This document shows positions 12,186-26,284 of a stretch of DNA of 64,000 bases, one piece after another. The notes beneath the pieces were generated by a model, which saw only the letters and a list, made by a program, of their open reading frames with translations, searched no databases and had not been told where the DNA came from. The DNA is from Eledone cirrhosa (lineage: Eukaryota). The translations under genes and the position numbers were made by a program. The DNA lies in contig OZ024749.1 of NCBI GenBank assembly GCA_964016885.1, forward strand, positions 34,720,001-34,784,000, in the 5' to 3' direction. Position 1 is the first letter of the stretch. The number at the start of each line of letters is the position of its first letter.

Positions 12186-12646
12186 TACCACAACGAGATC
12201 TTTGGCGCTACGCAGTAATACAGAAGACCCGCCTTGTCTATGTACAAAGCAAAACCTACAGTCAGTAGGCACCTCTTAACCAAATATACACTCCAATCTA
12301 CTACCCCGACCCTATCCTCCCACTCCCACCAACAGCACGAGAAAATAAGATCGAGTTCTGTAGGTGTCACGACAAAAAAAAACACACACAGTCCACGCTG
12401 TAATGTGGCCGTGTGGGTAACACGGTAAAAAGTTGCCAGTTCCACACTGTAAATGTGGTTGGTGTTAGGAAGGGCATCCAGCCGTAGAAAACCTGCCAGA
12501 TGGTCCTATATGAGCGATACACGATCACCCGACCAGCCTTGCCTCCAGTGGGGCAACTCCCATCTAACCCATTAGACGGGAGTTGTCCCACTTGAGGCAA
12601 GGCTGGTCGGGTGATCGTTAAACGAAGATGATGATGATGATGATGA
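12186..12646 (+). mobile_element. RTE family B 3' end with a fold-back replacing part of the tail
   Basis: Matches the reverse complement of 19102-19550; inverted arms 12521-12567 and 12572-12618. Confidence 0.8.
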
Positions 12647-12710
12647 TTCTATCTGTTATTCTTATAACTTCCAATTGACTGCCTACAGATATATACAAAT
12701 GTATATATAT

Positions 12711-13001
12711 ATCATCATCATCATCATTTTACGTCCGCTTTTCCCTGCTTGCAAGGGTGGGACGGGAACTGATTCTGGCTTGATTTCTACAGTTGGATGC
12801 CCTTCCTAACACCAACCTCATTTACAGTAAGTGCTGGGTGCTTTTTTGCCATGGCACCTCCACGACCACTTTGCAGTGGAATGATATGAACCCCAGGCCC
12901 TATCATCTCATTTCTACAGCTGAGTAAACTGGAGCAATGTGATATAAAGTGTCTTGCTCAAGGAAACAACACATCACCCGGTCTGAGAATTGAACTCACA
13001 A
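12711..13001 (-). mobile_element. CORE-type SINE (young family), head truncated
   Basis: Near-identical to 61205-61507. Confidence 0.85.
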
Positions 13002-13239
13002 ATATATATATATATATATGTAAAAAGAAACAAAATGAGTGGAGCTAGGATTTACAGTGTATATAATATAATAATATGATCTCACAAAAGAATGACATGC
13101 AAGACTAAAGATGATAATATGGATTGTGGACTTTGTTGGTAATATTTAGTTCAATGCTAGTTATACTGAAGTGTCAGAAAAGGGAGTCACCTGGTACATG
13201 TATATCTATACTCTTTCATGTACTCTTAACTGCTGTATG

Positions 13240-13802
13240 TTTTCCTTAGAATATATATATAATAGAGTATTGAAGTTTGCTTGAAGCATTGTGGAATAAT
13301 AAGGTAAATTTCTTTAAGTCGTTTGGAAGCCTCGACAATGCAAATGGGTAAATCTCCGGGTAACAAGATCTGGTGGTGGAGAGAGAGATGTAAGTGGGTG
13401 TACGTTGAGATACGTGGCGTGTATAAGACGTGTAGAGGAATGAAGGAAAGAGCGTAAAGGATAAAAATAAAAATAACAACACGAGAGAGAGTTACCTTGG
13501 GGGAAAGGTTGTCTGCTTCCGACAGACAACCTTTCCCCCACTCCGGAAAAAAACCCCAGTTGATGGATGTGAATCCGAAATATATAGGGACAATTAAATC
13601 TCTCCCAAGGTAACTCTCTCTCGTGTTGTTATTTTTATTTTTATCCTTTACGCTCTTTCCTTCATTCCTCTACACGTCTTATACACGCCACGCATCTCAA
13701 CGTACACCCACTTACATCTCTCTCTCCACCACCGGATCTTGTTACCCGGAGATTTACCCATTTGCATTGTCGAGGCTTCCAAACGACTTAAAGAAATTTA
13801 CC
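13240..13802. mobile_element. Penelope-like inverted terminal structure with 199-bp arms
   Basis: Arms 13303-13501 and 13604-13802 (2 mismatches seen); spacer holds an 18-bp hairpin and a degenerate minimal hammerhead at 13554-13589. Confidence 0.6.
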
Positions 13803-15504
13803 ATATATATAATATTTATTAGTAACCACACAGCCTACATCTCTCTCTCTTTTTGAATTCTACTCACACACACACACACACACACATATATGTGTGTGTG
13901 TGTATGTATATATATATATGTAAATATGTTTATATACTTTCTCATGATTCAGCGAGCTTCCCAATAGTTGTCATCTATTTTTCTTTCTATCTATCTATCT
14001 TTCTCTCCACTTCTCTTAAACTCACTTTCAACCTTTCACTACAATCTGACCAACACTTTAAGAATTTTAGCAGTCCAGTCTGTATCTCCCGAAATCCAAA
14101 CTAAGCCTTCATAATCCTCATCATATTTTTCAGTCAACTATTATTTCTTATGACAGCAATAGCTAAAAACTTTTGTGAACTTTCTCATGTCTCGGCAGCC
14201 TGTCCTTTTGCCGCTATATACCATGCACATACCCTGTCTACCACCTTCCTATCTATCTACCGTTCTCACCATAGAAAAGGCAACCTGTCTAGAAACTACG
14301 CGATAAAAGCATCTAATACACAATATAAAGTGATAAGAAGATCATCAGGGGTCAAGAAGACGTTTCAGTAGCATCAAAGACAGAACAACCCCTTCTAGTA
14401 CAATCTATTGGAGTCAGTGTAAAATGCTTCAAGTACATAGTAGGAAGGGCATCCAGCCTTGGAAATCAAGACAAAACCAGTGTATGAGCATGAGGTGATT
14501 ACCTGATCAGTCTGGCTTCAGACCGTGACAATCCATCAAAATCCGTGCAAGCATAGAAAATAAACATTAAATAGGCGAGGGTGCTATGGAGCAGTAAGGT
14601 GTGAAATAATCCTGTATCTCTCTGTTGATTCTATAATGGCTAGTCTCTCTTTATAAAGGTTGTCATTAGTGAGAACAGGAGACAAGTAATTTGTGAGAAA
14701 GTACTCTTGTAATATAAATTATAGTACATTCTCTAGAGGGACATGTGTAGCTTAGGGGTTAGGGTGTTTGGCCCACATTTGTAAAGTTTGTGAGTTTGAT
14801 TACTGGCAGAGTGCTGTCTCCTTGTCCAAGACAGTTTATTTTACATAGCTTTAATACACCCACCTCCAATTAAGTACTGATTTATTTTGAGATGAACCAT
14901 CCAACCCTAACTAGCAGAGAAAATAGATGTTAAATAATAATGATGATTTATCTATTGATAAAAACTTTTCCATTACATACACACACTCGTTCCCTATAGA
15001 ATTTGTTAGACTGTGTACATATAATTTAAACCATTGTCCCTGACATGAAGTTGTCTAAAACTAAAGCATGCTCGATTGCTCTCAATATATAATAGTAGTA
15101 ATTAATATGAATAGCTGGGTGTAACACAAGGAAGCCAAACCTATTGAAACATTATTCAAAGATAAAATTCACAAGAATATAATATTAACTCAAGTTACAA
15201 CTATTCAACTTTAAAGTACATGAAGCTGAGCTAATCTACAAGGAAAACCTCATTTCATTTTCTTAGCTATAATTCTTCCAATTTAGACCACATATTCTCC
15301 ATTATGAGTGGCACCCAGGATTGTATTATTTATAAGACGGACTAGGCTGAAGATTAGAATTAGAGTCCTTACAGGGACTAGGGACCCCGCAAGGACTAAA
15401 AGTCCTACAGAGACTGGAGACCTACAAGGAGTAGGTGCTCTATAAAGACTAGGGGCTGTACAAGGAAGGGCATCCTGTTGTGGAAACCAAGATAAATATA
15501 TACC

Positions 15505-15700
15505 CACAAAAGGGTGGCTATATGACACCTGTGTGCGAAGGGAAATGCTGCATGGTAGCAAAATATGGGTAGTGACTGCTGAGGACATGTGGAGGCTGAA
15601 GAGAAATGAAGCTACCATGCTTCATTGGATGTGCAATGTAAATGTGAGAGAAAGGCAGAGCCTGATGAACTGGGGTAGAAACTGGGTTTAAGAAGATTCT
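15505..15700 (+). pseudogene. Decayed RTE LINE fragment
   Basis: Translates KGWLYDTCVRREMLHGSKIWVVTAEDMWRLKRNEATMLHWMCNV, homologous to the main RTE copy. Confidence 0.75.
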
Positions 15701-16404
15701 GAAGTGTCACATTTTCTATATCACTCTTATTGACATATATATATGTCTGGTAGCATAACCAAGAGTTGAATATCCTTGCTGCAAGAGTGTTAATAATTTT
15801 CCTTTTAACAAACCTGTCTTTTGACAAATATATCTAATCCCAGAGCCAGTACTTTAATATTATGGTATAGTAGGAACAGTACTGCTAATAAATGGTCCAT
15901 TGGCATCCAATGGTAAGATTTTGACTAATTTCTAGAAAATACATTTGAGTGTTTTGTAAAACTAAATTCTTAGGAAGTGAAATCTTTTTCAGTAATCGAA
16001 GCTGGAATCTCTTTTAGGGTTCTAAAGCAATAGCTTTTCTTCATTCCGGAAACAACTTCAGACCAATCTGTGCCAGATGTCCTGTCATTATACTCTCTTT
16101 AACTCTATTAGAGATTCCGTACCCCACCCACATGCATAAAAATTGATGGTTCACACTTTCATGACTATATTTCTTATGAAATACTGTATTTCAATTATTC
16201 AATGAAAAATTTTGTCATTTTTACTTCATTTCATCCCTCTAAAAACAAGCCCCTAAAATAAATGATCCCTCTACCTTGCAATCCTCACAAATTTCCCCTA
16301 ATTGCAACAACGTAGAGAAGTCCCACCTAAACATTAAGTACATTGGAGTGACTTGATCTGAGATCATCTGTTGAAACTAAAGCTATTACATTGCGAAGGG
16401 CCAT

Positions 16405-16708
16405 GTAAAAACCTCCCAGCCCCACACTGTAAATGTGGTTGGTGTTAGGAAGGGCATCCAGCTGTAGAAAACCCGCCAGACAGTCCACGCTGTAATGTGG
16501 CCGTGTAGGCAACACGGTAAAAACCTCCCAGCCCCACACTGTAAATGTGGTTGGTGTTAGGAAGGGCATCCAACTGTAGAAAACCCGCCAGACAGTCCTA
16601 TGCGAGCAAGACAACCACTCTTGCCTCAAGTGGGAAAACCCCCGTCCAAACCCATGCAAGCGTGGAACACGGACGCTAAACCTGATGATGATGATGATGA
16701 TGATGATG
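16405..16708 (+). mobile_element. RTE family B 3' fragment with a duplicated module
   Basis: Reverse complement of 28017-28320, including the same internal duplication. Confidence 0.85.
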
Positions 16709-16912
16709 TCTGTCGAGTGACTTGATCTGAGAGTATGTGTTAAAACTAAAGCTTTTTCATTGAGGAAGAGTTATATTTAAGCCAGAGTTGTACTTGTCTG
16801 GCAAGTGACTTGATCTGAAACTGTGTGTTGAACTAAAGCTATTACATTGAGGAAGAGTTATATTTAAACCAGTGTTGTACTTGTCTGGCAAGTGACTTGA
16901 TCAAAGACTATT

Positions 16913-17131
16913 GAGAAAGAGTTATTTTAGCCATTCAAAAACACAAAAACTGTTAACTTCACTTTATATATATCATTCATTTCTTGGTGTTGAAATAGTT
17001 ATGGCACTGTGGAACTGTGTCAGTGACCAGGTTGCAAACAGTGTGATGAAAATTTTAACACCAAAAATAAATGATAAATGTAAAGGGAAGTGAACAGTTT
17101 CTGTGTTTTTAAATGGTTAAAATGATTCTTC
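16913..17131. mobile_element. Fold-back MITE with long (~75 bp) TIRs; longer relative at 47182-47649
   Basis: GAAAGAGTTATTTTAGCCATTCAAAAACAC...AACTTCACTTT versus AAAGGGAAGTGAACAG...GTGTTTTTAAATGGTTAAAATGATTCTTCC. Confidence 0.65.
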
Positions 17132-18171
17132 CTTGATGTAATTATTTGCTGATTAAATGCATAAGTCAAGGACAGCTGATACGACTATATGCCACCATGG
17201 TCAACTTTAAATTTCATTTTATCCAAATTGATAAAATATATACCATACTGGGGTATAAAAGTTCTAGGCATAGAGGATATAGTATTTAGCTTGTTATAGG
17301 ATCTTGAGTTCAATTCCTGGTAAAACATTGTGACCTTGAACAAGACTCTTTATTTCACATTGCTCCAATCCACTCAGATGTAAAAAATGAGTTATATCTG
17401 TAATTCAAAATGTCAGCTTTGCCACACACTGTGTCATACTGAATCTCCCTGAGAATTCTGTTAAGAGTTCACATGTCTGTGGAATGTTCAGTTATTTACT
17501 CACTAATTTCCTGAGCAAGTTGTTCTAATGATCAAACAACTGGAACACTTGATGTCAGAACCAACAGAGTGCCAGCTGACATCTCTGGGACCTATTTAGA
17601 TACATTATTTCTGTTCCAAAATATATGACCTAGTGACCACAGGGAAATCATTTCACTCCCAAATAAACATTGGTTTCTTTAATGTAACAATAGCAACAAT
17701 GTTTAATTATTTATCCTTTGAGAAAAATTAATTGTGTTACTATGGTACTATTATTGCTCAGAGAAATATATAATTCTTTGACATTTGATAAAAAAAAATC
17801 TTGTGAAAGATATCAAATTCTTGTAAACGCCCATAACAGGATCCCTGAAATGAAATATAAATAGAAGAGAGATTAGTTAAACACATATTGGGCATATTGT
17901 AATGTAGTTAGATAGAAGGCATAAGGCTTAGTATTTAGGGTGTTTGATTCAGAATTGTAAGGTTGTCAGTTCAATTCTCAGTCCATTAAGCTGGCAAAAT
18001 TTAGTTGTACCTATAGTCCAAATAGCCAATCTTGAAATCCACAGTATTGTTGAATCTCCCTGAGAATTACGTTAAGAGTACAAATTTGACATATTTTGAT
18101 ATTTTTGTTTTTGTATTGTTGCTAGGCAAAATAGTTAGCTAGGTTAGGGGTAATAGAGTAAGATATGTTTA

Positions 18172-18390
18172 TAGGGAATGTGTGTGGCTGAGTGGTTAGA
18201 GAAGTGGATTCACAATCTTGAGGTTGTGAGTTCGGTTCCTTGACCAACCGGGCGATGTGTTATGTCCTTGAGCAAGACATTTTATTTCACGTTGCTCCTT
18301 CTACCTGGAGTTGCGACCGATAGATAGCAACTGGAAAGACCGACGAAAACATTGTTTGCTCAGTCCGATTTGACGAAAGTCGATCGATCC
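18172..18390 (+). mobile_element. CORE-type SINE with a distinct tail; related copy at ~22690-22980
   Basis: tRNA-like head, CORE-like block, then GGAG(T/C)TG(C/T)GAC(C/T)GA(T/C)AGATAG...AAACATTGTTT tail. Confidence 0.65.
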
Positions 18391-19101
18391 TTATATATGT
18401 TTACAGTATTTTTAAGTATTTTATAGTAACAGTGAACAGGATATAACAGTTTGCTGCGATATTAAAAAGTAGTTTAGGTATATGTTTATTAAATGGTGGG
18501 TTAAAATATGAAGTGGATTTCCCCGTGACCTCTGGTGTTACACAGTAATACAGAAGACCCGATTTCCCACATGTACAAACCGAAGCTGAAGCATATAGAC
18601 AGTAAAGTGGTTGTGTAGGTGTCAAGACAAAAAAGCACCCAGTCCACACTGTAAAGTGGTTGTGTAAGCGCCACAGTAAAAAGGCACCCAGTACTCACTG
18701 TAAATGAAGTTGGTGTTAGGAAGGGCAGAAATCAAGTAGAAATCAAGCCAAAATCAGTTCTGTATGAGCAAGACATGGTCACCTGACCTGGCATTGCCCA
18801 CAACAGGACAACCCGTCTATCCATACTAGTGTATAAGAATGGACGTAAAATGATGATGATGATGATGATAATGATGCCTTTAGATTTATGGTCAGAGTCA
18901 GGCCGACAACAGATTACTTTATTATTATCATAATTTTTGTGCTCACAGTCATTAGAGTATGTACTGTTAATGTTATTATTTCCTATGTGCTTTGTGTTCT
19001 TATTTGTGTGTGCACCATTACTTCTATTTTCACTGCGTATGTGATTATCACTACAATTACTAATTATTTTCTTAGTTTTATAGAGAAGTGAATGATTGTT
19101 C

Positions 19102-19632
19102 ATCATCATTATCATCATCATCATCATCATCATCGTTTAACGTCCATCTTTCACGCTTGCATGGGTTTAGATGAGAGTTTTCCCACTTGAGGCAAGATTG
19201 GTTGTCCTGCTCGTATAGGACTGTCTGGTGGGTTTTCTACGGCTGGATGCCCTTCCTAACACCAATCACGTTTACAGTGTGGAACTGGGAGGTTTTTACC
19301 ATGTTACCTACACGGCCACATTACAACGTGGACTGTGTGTTTTTTTGTCGTGACACTTACACGACCTCATTTGTTTCGGACTGGATGTTGTGGTACCAAC
19401 ATAACTTCACATTGAAGGGGGTGGTGTGGATGGGGAGGGGGTAGTGGGACAGGGGTGTATTTTTGTTAGAGGTGCCTACTGACTGTAGGTTTTGCTTTGT
19501 ACTTAGGCAAGGTGGGTCTTCTGTATTACTGTGTAGCGCCAAAGATCTCGGTCCAGTGACATTGTCTTGGAGAGGTGTAAGTGTGTGAGGTCGGAATTTA
19601 TCAAGTCATCTCAGGTTTTTCTGGGTCTGCGT
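19102..19632 (-). mobile_element. RTE family B 3' end (ORF terminus plus SINE-like UTR)
   Basis: Homologous to 28017-28655. Confidence 0.85.
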
Positions 19633-19777
19633 TCAATTTAAGTAAATTTTTATTGTGCAAATTGGATCTAAATAGAGTCATATTATGTATATGTTTATAT
19701 GAAGAGAGAAAAAGAGACTTCATTGACAGCGTCTATCATCTGGAGCAATGCATTATAAATTTATATATATATATATC

Positions 19778-20120
19778 ACATTGCTTCAGTTTACTCAGCT
19801 GTAGAAATGAGATGATAGGACTGGGGTCCCTGTCATTCCACTGCAAAGTGGTCGTGGAGGTGCCACGGCAAAAAAAGCACTCAGCCTACACTGTAAAGTG
19901 AACGTGTAGGCGCCACAGAAAAAAAGCACCCAGCACTCACTGTAAATGAGGTTGGTGTTAGGAAGGGCATCCAGCTGTAGAAATCAAGCCAGAATCAGTT
20001 CCTGTATGAGCAAGACAAGGTCAGCCGACTGGACACTGCCCACAACAGGACAACCCGTCTAACCCATGCTAGCGTGGAAGAATGGACGTAAAACAGTGAT
20101 GATGATGATGATGATGATGA
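19778..20120 (+). mobile_element. 5'-truncated CORE-type SINE with (ATG)n tail
   Basis: Body matches 39450-39620; tail CCCGTCTAACCCATGCTAGCGTGGAAG. Confidence 0.8.
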
Positions 20121-20136
20121 TATAAATATGTGTGCA

Positions 20137-20207
<71 letters not shown>

Positions 20208-20535
20208 GAGAGAGAGACTACATTGTTAGAGCACATCATTTGGAGCAGTATGTTATAAAGTATATATATTTATATATACACATGAAGATAGATAGATAGA
20301 TAAATAGAGAGAGAGAGAGAGAGAGACTTAATTGACTGGGTATATTACCTGGAGCAAAAAACAGAACAGAATCAACCTGGTTATAAGTTTGATTTCCCAT
20401 GGGGAGAGAAGGAGGAGGAGAAGGAGGAGGAGGAATGCCTGTGATGGAGTTCAAGAATAGGAGAGACGCTACTAAAATAATTTACAAAATATCTAAATTA
20501 ACTTAGGCATTCTAACCTTTGTTCAACAAACTATA

Positions 20536-20588
<53 letters not shown>

Positions 20589-20759
20589 CTATATATACAT
20601 GTATATGTATGTATATATATATATATATGTATGTATGTATACATGTATATGTATGTATATATATGTATGTATGTATATATACATGTATATATATATGTAT
20701 GTATATATACATGTATATATATATGTATGTATATATATATGTATATGAATATTCATTCA

Positions 20760-20790
<31 letters not shown>

Positions 20791-20841
20791 GAATATACAT
20801 TCATATATATATATGTATGTATATATACATATATATGTATG

Positions 20842-20873
<32 letters not shown>

Positions 20874-21003
20874 CATGTTTGTATATATTTATATATATAT
20901 ATGTATATCTGTGTTTGTGTGTGTATATATATATACAAATATTTGTATGCATATATATATATATATATACATATATATTTGTATGTATATATACATATAT
21001 ATG

Positions 21004-21055
<52 letters not shown>

Positions 21056-21819
21056 ATATGTATATATATGTGTACATTTTATTTAAACAACAACTATATA
21101 AATCATCTAGCTATATAGAGCAGGAGGGTGAGCAGAGAGTGATATTTCCTGTTGAGTGTTTATTATTTCAACTTGAATTATTTACCATTTAAATAAATAA
21201 AAATCTTAAAATGATATTGAATTGTATGAGACTCTCAGGATGTGACCTTTCACCTTTCAACTATCATAAGTCAGGTGAAATTTTTTTCTCAAATTTTTTT
21301 AATGTTTGTTAATTTTTTTTTTTAAATAAAGAAAAATTATTTGTGAAACCATTTCATGCATGGTATGGAAACCTTAAGAATCTTGAAAAATTCCTCATTA
21401 CCAATATTTTAAGAATAACAGAAAAAATGACATTTGCAGCTTAGACATATGTGGGTTTAGCTGACTCATAGAATGTGTCTTAGGTGTTTTAATGATAGGA
21501 ACCCCATTCCTATCATAATATTTTTAATCATCTATTATGATTGTCTTATCACCAATACAGTGGCTAGGGAGCTCGGTTTACATTGGTAGGGTCATGAGTT
21601 TGATTGCTGGTAGAGAGCTGTGTCCTTGAGCAAGACACTTTATTTCACATTGCTCCATCTCACTCAACTGGAAAAAAATGGGTTGTACCTGTAATTCAAA
21701 GGGCTAACCTTGTTAAACACTGCATCACATTGAATCTCCTTGAAAACTATGTTAACTTTTTTTATACCAAACTGCTTGACACTGCCCTTGGTTCTACAAT
21801 ACAAAACTGTTTATTTTAA

Positions 21820-22029
21820 CCCATTAGAATTTAAATCAGCCGTATCTGGCCAGAGTTCTCTCACTTCTTTCTGTTCAAACCATCTGTAACCGGCTACTCA
21901 TACTGATGTTAAGATATTGTTCTCAAAATAAATAATATCAAAATCTCACAGATTCGATATTATGTGAGATAATTATGTGAGGTAAAGCCTTTACAATAGT
22001 AAAAATAGAGAAATGTAAATGCTAAAGTG
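21820..22029 (+). mobile_element. piggyBac-type MITE
   Basis: TTAA flanks; same family as 5528-5748. Confidence 0.85.
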
Positions 22030-23843
22030 TTAAAGTGTTTATATCTATCTAAAATGCTCCCATCATAATTCTATATAAGAATGTTTGTTATGTTCCAAAC
22101 ACCAGTGGAATAATAAGAAAATCAATTATAACACTAAATCCCTCCAAATTCTTGATTATTTTCAAAATTATTTGAAAACGACAGGCAGTGCCTGTCATTA
22201 GAAATATGGTTATGGAATGGTTAATAGTACACAGGTCTGTGGAATGTTCAGCCATCTGTGTGTTAATTTCACGTGTAGGGTGTTCCATTGTTTGAACAAC
22301 TGGAACACTTGTAGTCAGAACTGACAGAGGTACAACACATGGTCTGACCTAATTTATAACCATGACATCTCCAGTCTCTGATTAATGTTGCAGTATTGGT
22401 AGGGCGCTGGACAGCATATTGTGTAGCATAAAGTTAACAACCCGTTACGTTCTGGGGTCAAATCCCTCTGAGGTTAGCTTTGTCTTTCATCCTTAAAGGG
22501 TCGATATAATAAAGCAGCAGTAAGTACTTGGATCGATTTAATTGACTTTCCCTCCCTCAAAATTGCTGGTTGTGCCTATAGTAGAAATCATTAATGTTGC
22601 AGTGGTTTTTCAGGGTAACCTGAAAATATTTTACCAATGTTCTTCTGGACAGCAGAGAAAATTGAGTGTGATTAGTGTTGTGAATGAGCTTGGTCTATTA
22701 GAGTGTTGGACTCACAATCATAAGATCGTGGGTTCGATTCCTGCACTGAGCGGTGTGTTATGTTCTTCAGTTAAAATACTTTATTTCACATTACTCCTTC
22801 TACCAGGAATTATGACCAGCTCATTGTATCAACTGTGGAAAAAAACCAATAGAAACATTGTTTCCTTGATCTGATCTAATGATTGGTTCCTTTCTTCTAC
22901 CAGGAGCTGTGACTGACAGATAGTATCAACAATGGAAATATGAATAGAAACATTGTTTCCTTGGTCCAACTTGGTGGTTGGCACCTTTCCTTTTTAGTGT
23001 GGTATTTGTTCATGTACATTTGATTTAGATTGCCTGTTGGGAAAACAATCTAAAGGGGAGGTGTCATGGTTAGTGTTATCTTTAATGAAAAAGAATTAGA
23101 TTAAAAGTATAGTCAGAGCCAACACCTGGGTATATAACACCCTAGACAAGCCCTACAATGTGTTACTTTCTCCCAGTTATACACCCCCATTCTCCCAAAT
23201 ATGATAATTTTAACTTCTAATTTGCAAAGCCAATGAACCTAGTTTTGACATTTCTTGTTCTGACCACACTAAAGGGATTACTAGACCTGCATTTTCCACT
23301 ACTCAATCAATACTCACCCATTTCAAATCATGTTACAGGCCATAACCCCACATGTTGCTGTTGATATTTCCATAATGCTGCTATGTGGCAAAGATGTTTA
23401 ATGATTTATTTATTGATTGCAGGAAATAATTACATATTTAATTATATATTGTAGCAGCAACAAAATAAGATACACCTTGTATATTCTGTAAAGGGTTTGG
23501 TGATGGGAAGAGCATCTATCTGTAGAAACCATGCCAAACCTGGAACTATGTAAACGAGATATGGAGCGCACTGCATTTCTATGAGGACAGTAACTCTGAT
23601 TAAGAACTGATTTGATCTGTGATGGGCTCAGCCAACCATTACCAGCATGTGGAAAAAATAGACATTAAATGATGATGATGTTGATAATATAATTTAAAGA
23701 CCTTATTGTAATAGATATATTTCATGACGCAAACTAGAGATAAGCGTGTACATCTTCATAAATCTTTAAAAAAAAATCTTCTTATCTTGTTTATGAGAAG
23801 CTGAGGAAAGACATATATAAATAAATATATACATATATACACA

Positions 23844-23875
<32 letters not shown>

Positions 23876-24594
23876 CATATATATAAACACACATGTATAT
23901 GTGTATGTATGTATTTATATATATCTTTCCTCAACTTCTCATAAACAAATATATATATATATATATATACACACACATACACACACAGAGGAGATGAGAA
24001 GAAATAAACTATGACAACAACTGTTGCCCAATCTCTAGCAATGAATTTAAGTATTATCTGCAGTTGTCATTGCTAAATAAGTATAGAATATCTTGTAAAC
24101 AAGTCCCTTCAATCACCTTCCTCTCTTCTCCGCCCTTGCCCCTCTTTCTCTTCCACTGCCTCAAGTTCCATCAACTATCTGTGCAACCATCAGATACCTC
24201 AGGATCATTTTAAACACACTTTTTCCCCAATCACATCATGATCCTCTCAAACACACAGTTTCATTGATCTCCATGCTGCAGAATATGTGCAAACTTCTTT
24301 TATGCATCTTCCTTTGCTAGATATAGCTGACACTTGACCTCTCTTTTGCCTATCCGTTATTGCTCTCTGTTTTCCTCTTTACTCCAATTTCTTTACTCTT
24401 GTCTTTTTGTTTTCATGGCTCTATCTTTTATCTCTTAGTCTATCTAGCCCTTACTCTAAGGTCACTGATAACTTAATCTATGTTGGAAGGTATATTCTTC
24501 CCCAGGGAAGGACTTGACATTTCCAACCTTTTGCCTATCTTGGTTCTTGGTGAGAATAAAGTCACTCTCTCTCTATATATATATATATACGTGT

Positions 24595-24648
<54 letters not shown>

Positions 24649-24972
24649 ATATAAGATCTCTCTTTTCTGCTCTAGCTCTTTGGATTGCCTCCCGTTCCCT
24701 TCTGAATTGACATATTCAGGTATTTATTCTCTTGCGGCCTTAACTGAGAAAATTTTACATTCAATGTTCAGAAGGAGATTTAATGTAACACAATGTAACA
24801 GGAATGGCCTTGTGAATTACAGCTACAGTTCATCCAGTGGGCTTCCAAACAATTTCTGTCTTCCCAATTTCACTCACAAGGACAAGACATTGGTCAAACT
24901 GAGGCTATAGTAAATGATTCCAAACAGTGGGAAGAAACCCAATACTTAATAATCGTGAAGCAAACTTCTTCA

Positions 24973-25184
24973 CCCTTAGCATTTACATTACTCTATATTT
25001 ACTATTGTATTTTCACGGTAAAGGCTTTACCTCACATAATTATCTTACATAATATTAAAATTTTGATATTATTTATTTTGAGAACAATACCTTAACATAT
25101 GTATGAGCAGCCGGATATGGCTGGTTTGAAGAGAAAGAAGTGAGAGAATTCTGGCCAGATATGGCCGGTTTAAATGCTAAGGGG
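24973..25184 (-). mobile_element. piggyBac-type MITE inserted in a SINE remnant
   Basis: Same family in reverse orientation; the interrupted SINE (24835-24972) resumes after it. Confidence 0.8.
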
Positions 25185-26084
25185 TTAAACATTCAGCCAT
25201 GCTGCATCAATTGTTGGCACCAAATTGATGTGGTAACATGTTTGCAAGTGAATAGAGGTTTGTAAAACTTCAATATTGATGATACAATGGAATAATTTGT
25301 GGTGGGATGTAAGGAGGGAACTAGGAAATATCGGTATTATCACTGTTTAACATGTATTCTCTATGCTTGGATGGGTTAGACCAGTTGTCACATTATGAGA
25401 CAAGTTAGGTGAAATGACCATGTCTTTCTCATACGGAAACTGTTTCTGGCTTAGTTTCTAGAGTGGGATGCCCTTCCAAATGTCAACCACATTACAGTGC
25501 TGACTGGATGTTTTTTCTCGGGGTAGGTAAACACATGTAGATATCCTTGGTAGGTGAGACTACCAAGAAATGGAAATATCTAAATATGGTCAACCTGGAC
25601 GTTGGTAGATTAACAGAATGAAAATGTCACTAATAAGAATAAGAAAAAAAACACGAAAGAAGTGATATAAAGAAAAATGTTACAATGTGAACACTCGTTC
25701 CAGTCGCATCGCATTCCAAACTTGATAACTAAACAATTTAAAAGGGGATTATACTTTCAAATTAATGATGTTTGCATGAAACAGAGACAGTCAGCACCAG
25801 TGAAGATGTGGTGGTGGTGCTGCTGCTGCTGAAAAGATGAAAGACGACCAGGTTTAAATGGGTTCTGAAAATACCCAAGGTCACCAGGAGATTACTTGAA
25901 AAGAGAGATTTTTTATTAACCCAGGTTTACATTGCATCGACTGGTTTAGTATATAATAAATTTAGAATGAAACTTAAAACAATTTTGAAAATGTGTTCTG
26001 TTCATGTCTATCTCCTCTCTGTAAATGGCCTCATAGTAATATTATTTCTCCCATTAACATTATATGGTCAATAACTACAGCGAC

Positions 26085-26114
26085 CTACTACTACTACTAC
26101 TACCACCACAGCTG

Positions 26115-26175
<61 letters not shown>

Positions 26176-26236
26176 TGCTACCATCACCACTACTACCTCC
26201 ATCACCACCACCACTACTACTACCACCACCACCACC

Positions 26237-26284
<48 letters not shown>

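Noticed and set aside
14335-14375. Minus-strand GAAACGTC...CTGATGA (possible type II hammerhead)
   Set aside because: Stem I and stem II do not pair convincingly.
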